A stretch of 64,000 nucleotides of DNA from Chloroflexota bacterium (GTDB lineage Bacteria; Chloroflexota; Limnocylindria; Limnocylindrales; CSP1-4): the NCBI GenBank assembly GCA_015478725.1, contig JADMIG010000006.1:19781-83780 (forward strand). Reading direction: 5' to 3'. Positions within the stretch are counted from its first letter, which is position 1; every line of letters starts with the position of its first letter. Positions 27,333-35,517 of the stretch are shown piece by piece. The notes beneath the pieces were generated by a model. It did no database searches and was not told the origin of the DNA. It saw only the letters and a list, made by a program, of their open reading frames with translations. The translations under genes and the position numbers were made by a program.

Positions 27333-28812
27333 GTCCCCCTCCGAGCACCAATGCGACCTGCTCGAGCACAGCGGCGAGCGGCGAGGGTGTCCAGAGCCCC
27401 GCGACGACGACGGCGGTCAGGGGAACCCCGAGAAGGAACGCCCACCGACCCGCGGCAGGGCCGGGTTCCGGAATCGGCCCGGGCCGTCCGGCCGGCCCGA
27501 CCGACACCCGCATGACGTGGAACAGGAGGCCGGCGACTGCGAGGGCGAGGATCGCCGCCGCCGCTCCCGCGGCCAGGCCCCAGCCTGCCTGCACGCCACC
27601 CAGCAGGATCGCAACCTCGGCCGCGAAGACGCCGGACGGCGGCAGCCCGGCGAGCACGAGCGCCGCGACGACGAGCGCCCGTCCGTCCGCCGGCGAGCGG
27701 GCGAGACTGCCAGCCAGACGGCCGATCCGGCGGCTCCCCCGCTCGGCGACGAGGCGCCCCGCGGCGAGGAAGGCGGTCGACTTGGCCAGACCGTGGCTGA
27801 TCAGATGGAGGCTCAGCCCGAGCAGCGCCAGATGGCCCCCGAAGCCGAGCGCCAGCGTCGCCAGTCCCAGGTGCTCGATCGACGAGTACGCGAGGAGGCG
27901 CTTGATATCACCCTGGGCGACGATGAACGGGAGCGCCACAGCGAGGCTGAGGAGGCCGAAGACGACGAGGAGCGTCGAGGAGAACGCCGACCCGAGGGCG
28001 GCCGCCGTGACGAGGTGGAACCGGGCGAGCGCGTAGAGCGCGACCGCCAGCGCCGCGCCCGACAGGAGGGCCGAGATCGGGCTCGGGGCCTGGCTGTGGG
28101 CGTCCGGCAACCAGGTGTGGAAGGGCACGAGGCCGGCTTTCGTCCCATACCCGGCAAGCGCGAAGAGGAACGCCAGGCGGACGAGGCCCGGATCGAGCCG
28201 CGGCGCGATCTCCATCAGACGGGTCCAGTCAAGCGCGTCGCTCGTCTCGCCGAGCGCGCCGACCGACGAGGCGTAGAGGAGGAGGGTCCCGAGCAGGGCG
28301 AACCCGATCCCGATCGAGCCGAGGATGAGGTATTTCCAGGCGGCCTCGATCGCTGCGGGCGTGCGGGCGAAACCGACGAGGAGCGCCGACACGATCGTCG
28401 TCGCCTCGATCCCGATCCACACGAGCCCGAGGTTGTCGAGGAGCGGGACCGCGGCGAGACCGGCGGCGAACAGGAGGAGAAGTGCGTAGTAGCGGCCGGT
28501 GTCGTGCGGACGGAGGAGCCCGGCCGCACGCTCGTGAGCCAGGTGACCAGGTGAACCGGCCACCGCGATCGCGGCGACGGCCAGGACGAGGACCACCACG
28601 TACGCGCCCAGCGCGTCGACGACGACCTGGCCGCCGAACGCCCGGAGCGGGCCCTCGACGAAGACCCGCGCCGCGAGGAGGAGTCCCGCCGCGAGCGCCG
28701 TCACGAGACCGCCGCCCGCCAGGCGACTCGCCCGCCGATCGTCGGCGAACCAGGCAACGAGGCCGGCGATCGTGGGAGCGGCGACGATGAGCGCAACGAG
28801 CAGCTCCGTCAT
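27325..28812 (-). CDS. hyfF: hydrogenase-4 component F-like antiporter subunit (NuoN/NuoM family)
   Basis: About 495 aa, 14 TM, with the conserved WLPDAH and the GLAKS region of complex-I M/N subunits. Internal start MTELLVALIV at 28812. Confidence 0.8.
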   Translation of the reverse strand: MTELLVALIVAAPTIAGLVAWFADDRRASRLAGGGLVTALAAGLLLAARVFVEGPLRAFGGQVVVDALGAYVVVLVLAVAAIAVAGSPGHLAHERAAGLLRPHDTGRYYALLLLFAAGLAAVPLLDNLGLVWIGIEATTIVSALLVGFARTPAAIEAAWKYLILGSIGIGFALLGTLLLYASSVGALGETSDALDWTRLMEIAPRLDPGLVRLAFLFALAGYGTKAGLVPFHTWLPDAHSQAPSPISALLSGAALAVALYALARFHLVTAAALGSAFSSTLLVVFGLLSLAVALPFIVAQGDIKRLLAYSSIEHLGLATLALGFGGHLALLGLSLHLISHGLAKSTAFLAAGRLVAERGSRRIGRLAGSLARSPADGRALVVAALVLAGLPPSGVFAAEVAILLGGVQAGWGLAAGAAAAILALAVAGLLFHVMRVSVGPAGRPGPIPEPGPAAGRWAFLLGVPLTAVVVAGLWTPSPLAAVLEQVALVLGGGRG

Positions 28813-29486
28813 CCGCGCAGGTTCCGCAGGCGATCGGTCGAGGTGCTGCCGAGGACGTCGAGCATGCGGCGCGCATAGACCCACGCGACGACGACCGCGA
28901 TGAGCAGGTCGAAGAGCACGCCGAGTTCCACGACGAGGGGCATCCCATAGGTCAGCGAGAAGGCTGTCAGGGCGATCCCGTTCTCAAAGACGAGCAGGCC
29001 GACGATGAGGGACAGCGCCTTGCGGCGGGTCATGACGATGAGCAGGCCGGTGAGCACCTCGGCGATGGCAGCGGGCAGGCCCCGGCTCGCTGCGACGCTC
29101 GCCCCGACGAACGCCCCATCCGCGGCCACACTCGCGGCGAAGACGATCGCGACCGCCGCGACGAGGGAGGTGCGCGGACCGATCAGCGGGTGTCGCTCGC
29201 GCCGCACCGCCGAGCGCCGCAGGATCGAGCCGAGGACAAGCGGAACGACGAGACCCTTGACGACGATCGCGAGCAGCCCGCCGATCAGGAGGTGGCCGGC
29301 GCCAGTCGCCAGGCCGACGCCGAGGGCTGCGACGCCGGTGAGCGCCGATTGGATCGCCACGAGCCAGATCGACCGTCCGATCGAGCGGGTGGCGGCGAGC
29401 CCGATACCGAGCACGACGATCGCCGCCGCGCACGCGTCGACGATCTGGCTCGCCGTCCGTGGATCGAGGCTCATGCCGGCAACCAC
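28809..29486 (-). CDS. hyfE: hydrogenase-4 component E-like membrane subunit (HyfE/HycP)
   Basis: About 220 aa, 7 TM, NuoK-like segments. The start is at 29486 or 29474. Confidence 0.7.
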   Translation of the reverse strand: MVAGMSLDPRTASQIVDACAAAIVVLGIGLAATRSIGRSIWLVAIQSALTGVAALGVGLATGAGHLLIGGLLAIVVKGLVVPLVLGSILRRSAVRRERHPLIGPRTSLVAAVAIVFAASVAADGAFVGASVAASRGLPAAIAEVLTGLLIVMTRRKALSLIVGLLVFENGIALTAFSLTYGMPLVVELGVLFDLLIAVVVAWVYARRMLDVLGSTSTDRLRNLRG

Positions 29487-30433
29487 AGGCGGGTCGCGAG
29501 ACCGATCGCGGCGATGATCGAGGCAGTCGCGAGGAGGCCCGGCAGGGCGAGGAGGCGCAGCTTCGCGAGGGCGGCATCGAGCACGCCAAGAACGATCGCG
29601 GCCCCGACCAGCTTCGCGAGTGCGGCGCCGATCGCGATGACCAGTGCCAGCGGTGTCAGGTCGACCGCGGCGCCGAGCGGCAGGAATGCGGCGGCGAACA
29701 GACCCACCACGAGGACCAGTTTGAGCTCGGCCGCATACATGAGGATCGCCAGGCGCGGGCCTGACGCCTCGAGGAGCATCCCCTCGTGGATCATCGTCAG
29801 CTCGAGGTGGGTGTCGGGATTGTCCACCGGCTCGTGGCCGGTCTCGGCGACGGCGACGATGGCGTAGGCGGCGGCCGCGAGCAGGAGCGCCGGGGTGTAC
29901 CAGGAGATCCCCGAGGCGGCTCCGCGCGCCGCGATCGTGCCGAGATCGGTCGACCCCGCCGCCAGCGCGGCGCCGGTCAGCGCGAGGAGGAGCGCCGGCT
30001 CGACGAGGGTCGCGATCGCGACCTCGCGGCTGCTCCCCATCCCGCCGAAGGCACTGCCGGCGTCAAGCGCCGAGAGGGCGAGGACGAACCGTCCGAGGGC
30101 CATGAGACCGACGACCACGAGCAGGTCGCCCCAGCCGTCGAGGGGCGCACGGACCGCGACCATCGGCACGAGGAGCGTGGCCACGACAACCGTGGCGAGA
30201 ACGATCGCCGGCGCCGCCGCGGTCAGTGGACTCGCCGCGTCGCTCTCGACCGACTCCTTCGCCCACCATTTCGCGAGGTCCCGATACGGCTGGAGGAGGG
30301 AGGGTCCTCGGCGGTACTGGAGGCGCGCCTTGACCCGCTTCGTGATCCCCAGCAGGAGCGGCGCCACGAGGAGCGTGAGCGCCGCCTGGATCACGGCCGG
30401 GACGAGCGTCTGCACGACCGTCGGAGTGATCAT
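29471..30433 (-). CDS. hycD: formate hydrogenlyase subunit 4-like membrane subunit (HycD/NuoH family)
   Basis: Internal start MITPTVVQTL at 30433 (ATGA overlap with hyfB). About 320 aa, 8 TM. The ORF-track N-terminal 122 aa is an Arg/Pro-rich shadow. Confidence 0.8.
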   Translation of the reverse strand: MITPTVVQTLVPAVIQAALTLLVAPLLLGITKRVKARLQYRRGPSLLQPYRDLAKWWAKESVESDAASPLTAAAPAIVLATVVVATLLVPMVAVRAPLDGWGDLLVVVGLMALGRFVLALSALDAGSAFGGMGSSREVAIATLVEPALLLALTGAALAAGSTDLGTIAARGAASGISWYTPALLLAAAAYAIVAVAETGHEPVDNPDTHLELTMIHEGMLLEASGPRLAILMYAAELKLVLVVGLFAAAFLPLGAAVDLTPLALVIAIGAALAKLVGAAIVLGVLDAALAKLRLLALPGLLATASIIAAIGLATRLWLPA

Positions 30434-32451
30434 GCGTGGGCGAGCAGGAGGAGCGCGATGAGCGCCGTGACAGCGTACGCGAGATACAGCTGGAGGCTGC
30501 CGGACTGGAGGCGGCGGACGAGCTGCGCGGCATCGATCGCCGCACGATGGAGCGGCCGGTAGAGGCGCTCGTCGATCAGGTGGCTGACCTCGCCCCGGTA
30601 GCGGACCGTGCGCGCGAACGGCGTGCCGGGGTGGAACTCGACCGAGATCTCGCGCACCGGTCGCAGGACCGGCCCGAAGTACAGCCGGATGAGCTTCGCG
30701 TAGCTCGTCGCGGTGTATTCGAACGCGGGCTCGGGCACGATGCCGCACGTCCACGTCGCGGTCCGGCGGGTCTGCCGTCGGCGCACGCCGACGAGCCACG
30801 TGACGCCGGCGATGGCGACCAGGAGGACGGTGAGCGGCGCGGCAGCGTACACGGCGCCGATCCCGCCGACTGCCCCGGTCGCCGCGGCATGGGATCCCGA
30901 CCCGACAAGCTCACCCGCTACCTCGAGGATGACGCTCGACACCGGCCCTGCGGCGATCCCGACGCCGATGCAGGCGATGGCGAGGCTCGCCATGGCGGCA
31001 CCCATCGTTCGACCGGTCTCTCGAGCGCCCGCCGCTCCGGGACTGCGCGGCAGAGCGAGGAATGACATCCCGGTCGCCTTGACGAAGCAGGCGACCGCGA
31101 GGGCGGCGGTCAGTGCGAGACCCGCGACCGTGAGGAGCACCGCCGACCGCGCAACGAGCGACAGCGCGGGATCGCCGCCCGCACCGATCAGGCCCTGGAA
31201 CGTCAGCCACTCACTGGCGAAGCCATTGAGTGGCGGGAGCCCGCTGATGGCCGCGGCGCCGATCCCAAACGCGAGAGCGGTGACGGGCATCGCCCTGGCG
31301 AGTCCGCCGAGGACGTTGAGGTCCCGAGACCCGACAGCCGACTGGATCGAGCCGGCGGCAAGGAAGAGGACGGATTTGAAGAGCGCGTGATTGAGGGTGT
31401 GGAAGAGTGCTGCGGTGAGCGCGACCGCAGCGAGGGCGGTCGCGCCGTCACCGAGAGCCAGGATCGCGACCCCGACGCCGATCAGGATGATCCCGATGTT
31501 CTCGATGCTGTGGAAGGCGAGGAGGCGCTTGAGGTCGTGCTCCATCAACGCGTAGAGGACGCCCAGTACCGCTGACGCGACGCCGATCGCGAGGACGAGG
31601 AGGCCCCACCACTCCGGACCCGGGCCGAGCAGGTCGAGCCCGAAGCGGACGATCCCGTAGACACCGGCCTTGATCATCACCCCGGACATGAGTGCCGAGA
31701 CGTGCGATGGCGCGACCGGATGAGCCCTCGGCAGCCAGACATGCAACGGGATGGCACCGGCCTTTGTGCCGAAGCCGAGGAGCAGGAGCAGGAAGACGAT
31801 GTCACGTGCCCCCGGCGGGAGGCGCGCCGCGGCCTGGCCGAAGGCACCGAAGCTCGTCGAGCCCGCGGTCGCTGCAAGGATCGCGAACGCGATGATGAGG
31901 GCGGCCGTCGCGAGATGGGTCAGCGCGAGGTACAGGTAACCGGCGCGCGCGACATCCGCGCTGGGACGCGATCCGACGACGAGGATTGCCGAGCTCAACG
32001 CCATGATCTCCCAGGCGAACAGGAACGCGAAGACGTCGTCTGCGCCGAATACGAGCGCCAGGCTGGCGATGAACACCGGGTAGGCAGCGGCGGTCCGATC
32101 GCCCGAAGCGCCATGGGCCGTGTAGCCGATGCCGAACACCGAGCTCGCGGCGCCCGCGACACCGAGGACGACGAGGAACAGCCCGCCGAGCGGGTCGTAC
32201 CGGACGTGGATCAGGGCGAACCCGAGGACGTCGCCGGCGCTGGCGAGGAGCGGCGTCCCGGAGGCGATGACGCTCACCCCGAGACCGAAGATGCCGACGC
32301 ACGCCAGGGCCGAGAGCGACAGAGACAGGGCCTGCGGGTTCGCCCTCGAGCGCGGAGCGATCGCCGCGACGGTCGACAGCACGAGCAGCACCGCGACGGC
32401 GGCAAGGAGCGACGCATCAGCCGCTCCCCCGAGCGCGCTCGCGATCGACAC
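30430..32451 (-). CDS. hyfB: hydrogenase-4 component B-like subunit (HyfB/HycC; NuoL family)
   Basis: 673 aa, about 16 TM, with the conserved WLPRAH and HxxxHALFK. GTG start at 32451, preceded by GGTAGAGGA. Confidence 0.8.
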   Translation of the reverse strand: MSIASALGGAADASLLAAVAVLLVLSTVAAIAPRSRANPQALSLSLSALACVGIFGLGVSVIASGTPLLASAGDVLGFALIHVRYDPLGGLFLVVLGVAGAASSVFGIGYTAHGASGDRTAAAYPVFIASLALVFGADDVFAFLFAWEIMALSSAILVVGSRPSADVARAGYLYLALTHLATAALIIAFAILAATAGSTSFGAFGQAAARLPPGARDIVFLLLLLGFGTKAGAIPLHVWLPRAHPVAPSHVSALMSGVMIKAGVYGIVRFGLDLLGPGPEWWGLLVLAIGVASAVLGVLYALMEHDLKRLLAFHSIENIGIILIGVGVAILALGDGATALAAVALTAALFHTLNHALFKSVLFLAAGSIQSAVGSRDLNVLGGLARAMPVTALAFGIGAAAISGLPPLNGFASEWLTFQGLIGAGGDPALSLVARSAVLLTVAGLALTAALAVACFVKATGMSFLALPRSPGAAGARETGRTMGAAMASLAIACIGVGIAAGPVSSVILEVAGELVGSGSHAAATGAVGGIGAVYAAAPLTVLLVAIAGVTWLVGVRRRQTRRTATWTCGIVPEPAFEYTATSYAKLIRLYFGPVLRPVREISVEFHPGTPFARTVRYRGEVSHLIDERLYRPLHRAAIDAAQLVRRLQSGSLQLYLAYAVTALIALLLLAHA

Positions 32452-32466
32452 TCGGGTCCTCTACCT

Positions 32467-32495
32467 CTGTCTCGCCGTGATCACCCGCGAGACAG
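32467..32495. promoter_or_regulatory. 9-bp perfect inverted repeat (CTGTCTCGC ... GCGAGACAG) with 11-nt spacer containing GTGATCAC, in the hyf operon leader
   Basis: Seen directly in the sequence. It lies between the AT-rich -10-like island and the hyfB GTG start. It could be an operator or a 5'-UTR stem-loop. Confidence 0.4.
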
Positions 32496-32516
32496 AGATC
32501 GCGCGGTATCGGCCTT

Positions 32517-32560
32517 CTTAATTATATATTCCAAGTCTTGAAGTCTGCAGAACAAGTAGT
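32517..32560 (-). promoter_or_regulatory. AT-rich island with TATATAAT (-10-like) box; candidate promoter of the hydrogenase operon
   Basis: cttaattatatattccaagtcttgaagtctgcagaacaag is about 30% GC in a 70% GC context. On the minus strand it reads TATAAT about 70 nt upstream of the hyfB start. Confidence 0.4.
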
Positions 32561-32654
32561 GGACGAGGCGATCCCACGCGCCGGTGACCCGGCGACGGAG
32601 CGTCGGGCGCGGGCGGGGGCTCGATGGCGACGCCCTCGACAGGGCGCGAGCCGT

Positions 32655-33050
32655 TCAGCGCACGCGCCGGCGGGCGACAGTCGAGAGGTGAGGGCGCTCG
32701 CGATGAACCTGCCTTGTCGGGGTCGCTGGAGTCGGCGAGGGTACGGTCGCCGGTGCCGGTTTGCTTCGAAGCCGCAGCTGGTGAAGGGACCAGTCGATGT
32801 CGCCCTTTTCGGCCGGGGGCACGGTCGACCGGGCCGATCGAAGAACCTCGATCGCCAGCGGAGTTTCCCCGTTCGTGCCGGCCCGCTCGATGACGCGGAT
32901 CGCAAAAGCAGCCAGGGTCGGCTTGACGAGCCACGGCCGGACGCCCTCGATGGCCCGTGCTCCGTGGGCGGCGATCCGGTCGCGCCACTCGATGCGATGC
33001 ATGGGCGACGCCGTTTCCGCTTCCTGCAGCAACGCCGACAGTTCCATCAC
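32655..33050 (-). CDS. hypothetical protein (131 aa), possibly first gene of or accessory to the hydrogenase operon
   Basis: ORF MMELSALLQEAETASPMHRIEWRDRIAAHGARAIEGV... with consistently high GC3. It lies between the ArsR promoter region and the hyf promoter. No recognisable motif. Confidence 0.3.
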   Translation of the reverse strand: MMELSALLQEAETASPMHRIEWRDRIAAHGARAIEGVRPWLVKPTLAAFAIRVIERAGTNGETPLAIEVLRSARSTVPPAEKGDIDWSLHQLRLRSKPAPATVPSPTPATPTRQVHRERPHLSTVARRRVR

Positions 33051-33209
33051 GCCTCCGCGATCGAGTCGCCCCGCCGGGCTCTGCGGCCGGACGCACTCCC
33101 GTTCGAGATACTGAACATAAACTCCCAGGGTCCGGGCAACGCCTCCCGGACGACCCCTCCGGCGCGGTAGGCGCCACCGTCTGTCGCCCTCATTCTATCA
33201 CGTTGGCGA

Positions 33210-33225
33210 TTATCCTGCAAGATAA
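33210..33225. promoter_or_regulatory. imperfect palindrome TTATCCTGCAAGATAA, candidate ArsR-family operator
   Basis: 14 of 16 positions are self-complementary. It sits about 105 bp upstream of the ArsR start, in the divergent intergenic region. The local sequence is lower-GC. Confidence 0.3.
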
Positions 33226-33330
33226 CAGATAGACAATACATGGGCACGGTAGGATACTGCGCCCGAAGGCCCGGAAACCAGCCTCAGATTTGCGATCGGT
33301 GGGCCCAACCACAGAGGGACCTACGCGACC

Positions 33331-33705
33331 ATGGCACGCCAGGACTCCCGCGGCGATGACGCCGAGCGCCTCCGCCAGTTCAAAGCGGAGTTCTTCAAGG
33401 CGCTCGCACATCCGCTCCGCATCCGGATCCTCGAGCTTCTTCGGGGTGGTCCGCTGAGCGTGACGCAGATCCAGGAGGCGACCGGCGCGCCGGGATCGTC
33501 CGTGTCGCAGCAGCTCGCCGTCCTCCGCGGAAGGAATATCCTCGCCACCGAGCGCCGGGGCACCACGATCATCTATCGCGTCCCCGACCCCGAGTTGTTC
33601 GAGCTGCTCGACGTGGCACGGACGATCTTCAACACTCACCTGAGCGACACGATCGATATGCTGCGCCTGGTCGACAGCGAAGCGGCATCTGCCGGCGAGC
33701 GATGA
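33331..33705 (+). CDS. ArsR/SmtB family transcriptional regulator (no cysteines)
   Basis: 124 aa. The wHTH has ALAHPLRIRILELL...LSVTQIQEATGAPGSSVSQQLAVL. The protein has zero Cys, and His/Asp residues lie in the C-terminal helix. Confidence 0.9.
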   Translation: MARQDSRGDDAERLRQFKAEFFKALAHPLRIRILELLRGGPLSVTQIQEATGAPGSSVSQQLAVLRGRNILATERRGTTIIYRVPDPELFELLDVARTIFNTHLSDTIDMLRLVDSEAASAGER

Positions 33706-33829
33706 CCGCCCGCCCCGCGTCGGTCGTGAGGATCGCGCGGACGGTGGGACGAGAAGCTCTTGAACGTGCCGACGCCCGCCGAACTGCTCGGCGGGCGTCG
33801 GGCTGGGATGGTGCGAGTGTCGCGCCGGG

Positions 33830-34144
33830 TCACATCGCCGGGAACGTCTCGCAGACCTCGATCGTCGCCCCCGCCTCGAGGACCGGGCACCCCTTCGCAA
33901 GCGCGATCGCCTGATCCAGGCTGTCCGCCGTGATGACGCTGTAGCCGCTGAGGGAGCTCCGGCCGTCGCCGCTCACGGAGCCGTTCGAGGCGATCGTCTT
34001 CGCGGCGCCGATCGGGTTGCCCGGGTCCGTGACGGCATCGCCGAGCCTCCCGAACCAGGCGCCCCAGGCTTCCATGACCCTCGCCTGCTCGGCGGGTGTC
34101 GCCGGCATGCCGCCGCCGCGATAGGCGAGCAGATAGGTGGCCAT
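33830..34144 (-). CDS. YciI-like (YCII-related) small alpha/beta-barrel protein
   Basis: Internal start MATYLLAYRGG.., preceded by AGGAGG with a 7-nt spacer. About 104 aa with the typical YLL.Y...P..EE......W..W motif. The ORF-track start at 34315 is an extension. Confidence 0.6.
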   Translation of the reverse strand: MATYLLAYRGGGMPATPAEQARVMEAWGAWFGRLGDAVTDPGNPIGAAKTIASNGSVSGDGRSSLSGYSVITADSLDQAIALAKGCPVLEAGATIEVCETFPAM

Positions 34145-34395
34145 CGTCGAGTCCTCCTGTGTGGATGGGTCCAACACCGTAACGACGAACGACTCGGCCG
34201 AAATCGACATAGCGGTCGTCCGGGCCGATCGATCTCCCTGGCGACCTGTCGATGGGCACTGACGATCGTCGCCAGCATGCATGAAACGGCAATCCCGAGG
34301 TAACACACCGTTCATCGGACTACGGTCGACTTATGGGGTCCCCGTCACGCTTCGCCAGGGAGGATCCCCCGTTGCCTCAGGCACCTCGGCGTTCC

Positions 34396-35517
34396 ATGCC
34401 GACCCTCATCGCCGTGTTCGCAATCGTCGCCGGCGCATGCAGCGCCTCCGCGACGCCCAGCCCCGTCCCGACCGCGACCGCCGCGCCGCCGACGGCGCCA
34501 CCGCCGGCCACCGCCGCACACGCCGCGACCGCCCCGTCGACGCCGTCGGCGGCGCCGAGCGCAGCTCCGAGCTACGCCAACGTCCCGCTCATCGTCTACT
34601 CGGCCCAGGGCTATGACTCGGCGGTCGTCAAGGCATTCCAGGCGGCGACCGGCATCCCCACCCAGCTCGTCGACGACAGCACTGGACCCCTCCTCGTCAG
34701 GATCCAGGCAGAGGCGAACAACCCGAAGTGGGGCGTCCTCTGGGTGGACGGCGCCGAGGCGTTCGCCGCGCTCGACAAGCAGGGCATGCTGCTGCGGGGG
34801 TACGAACCGAACGTGCCCTTCAACGCCGTCGGGCGATCGCTCATCCCGGCCGACACGAGCTACATCCCGACCGGCGTCACGATGGCCGGCACGCTCGTCT
34901 ACGACTCGAAGGTCGTGACGGCACCGCCGACGAGCTGGAACGATCTGCTCACCGCTCCGTGGAAGAACGCGGTCGGGATGAACAATCCGTCTGTGTCCGG
35001 ACCGACGTATCCATTCGTCGCCGGTCTCATGAACTACGCGGGCGGCGTCAGCCAGGGTGAGGCGTTCTTCACCAAGCTCAAGGCGAACGGCCTCAAGGTC
35101 AACAACACCAACCCGGACACGCTCCACGAGCTCGAGACGAAGCAGATCAGGATCGCCCTGATCCAGAGCTCGGCCGGCATCGGCGCCGGGATCGCGAACC
35201 CATCCATCAAGACCGCTTTCATCGATCCGTCGACGCCCATCCCGGGCGTCATCGGCATCGACGCGAAGGCCTCCCCCGCGGTCATCGCCGAGGCGAAGGC
35301 GTTCGCCGCCTACGTCCTCTCGCCGGCCGGCCAGAAGGTCATGCAGGGCGGCGACCCGACCGGTGACTCGCTGTACTGGCCGATCGTCGACGGCGTCAGC
35401 GCCCTGCCACAGCTGCCTGTGCTGTCCACCGTCCCCGCCAAGGCGATCGATCCGTACACCTGGGGTCCCCTGGAGTCGACGATCAACAGGTGGTTCAGCG
35501 ACACGATCGTCCCATGA
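34396..35517 (+). CDS. ABC transporter substrate-binding lipoprotein, SBP family 1 (Fe3+/thiamine/polyamine type)
   Basis: Signal peptide MPTLIAVFAIVAGAC with lipobox, then a Pro/Ala-rich linker. A TTG start at about 34369, 7 nt after GGGAGGA, is possible. Confidence 0.8.
   Translation: MPTLIAVFAIVAGACSASATPSPVPTATAAPPTAPPPATAAHAATAPSTPSAAPSAAPSYANVPLIVYSAQGYDSAVVKAFQAATGIPTQLVDDSTGPLLVRIQAEANNPKWGVLWVDGAEAFAALDKQGMLLRGYEPNVPFNAVGRSLIPADTSYIPTGVTMAGTLVYDSKVVTAPPTSWNDLLTAPWKNAVGMNNPSVSGPTYPFVAGLMNYAGGVSQGEAFFTKLKANGLKVNNTNPDTLHELETKQIRIALIQSSAGIGAGIANPSIKTAFIDPSTPIPGVIGIDAKASPAVIAEAKAFAAYVLSPAGQKVMQGGDPTGDSLYWPIVDGVSALPQLPVLSTVPAKAIDPYTWGPLESTINRWFSDTIVP

Noticed and set aside
25746-27515. 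589-aa plus-strand ORF antisense to hycE
   Set aside because: Asp/Glu/Arg-rich shadow with no motif.
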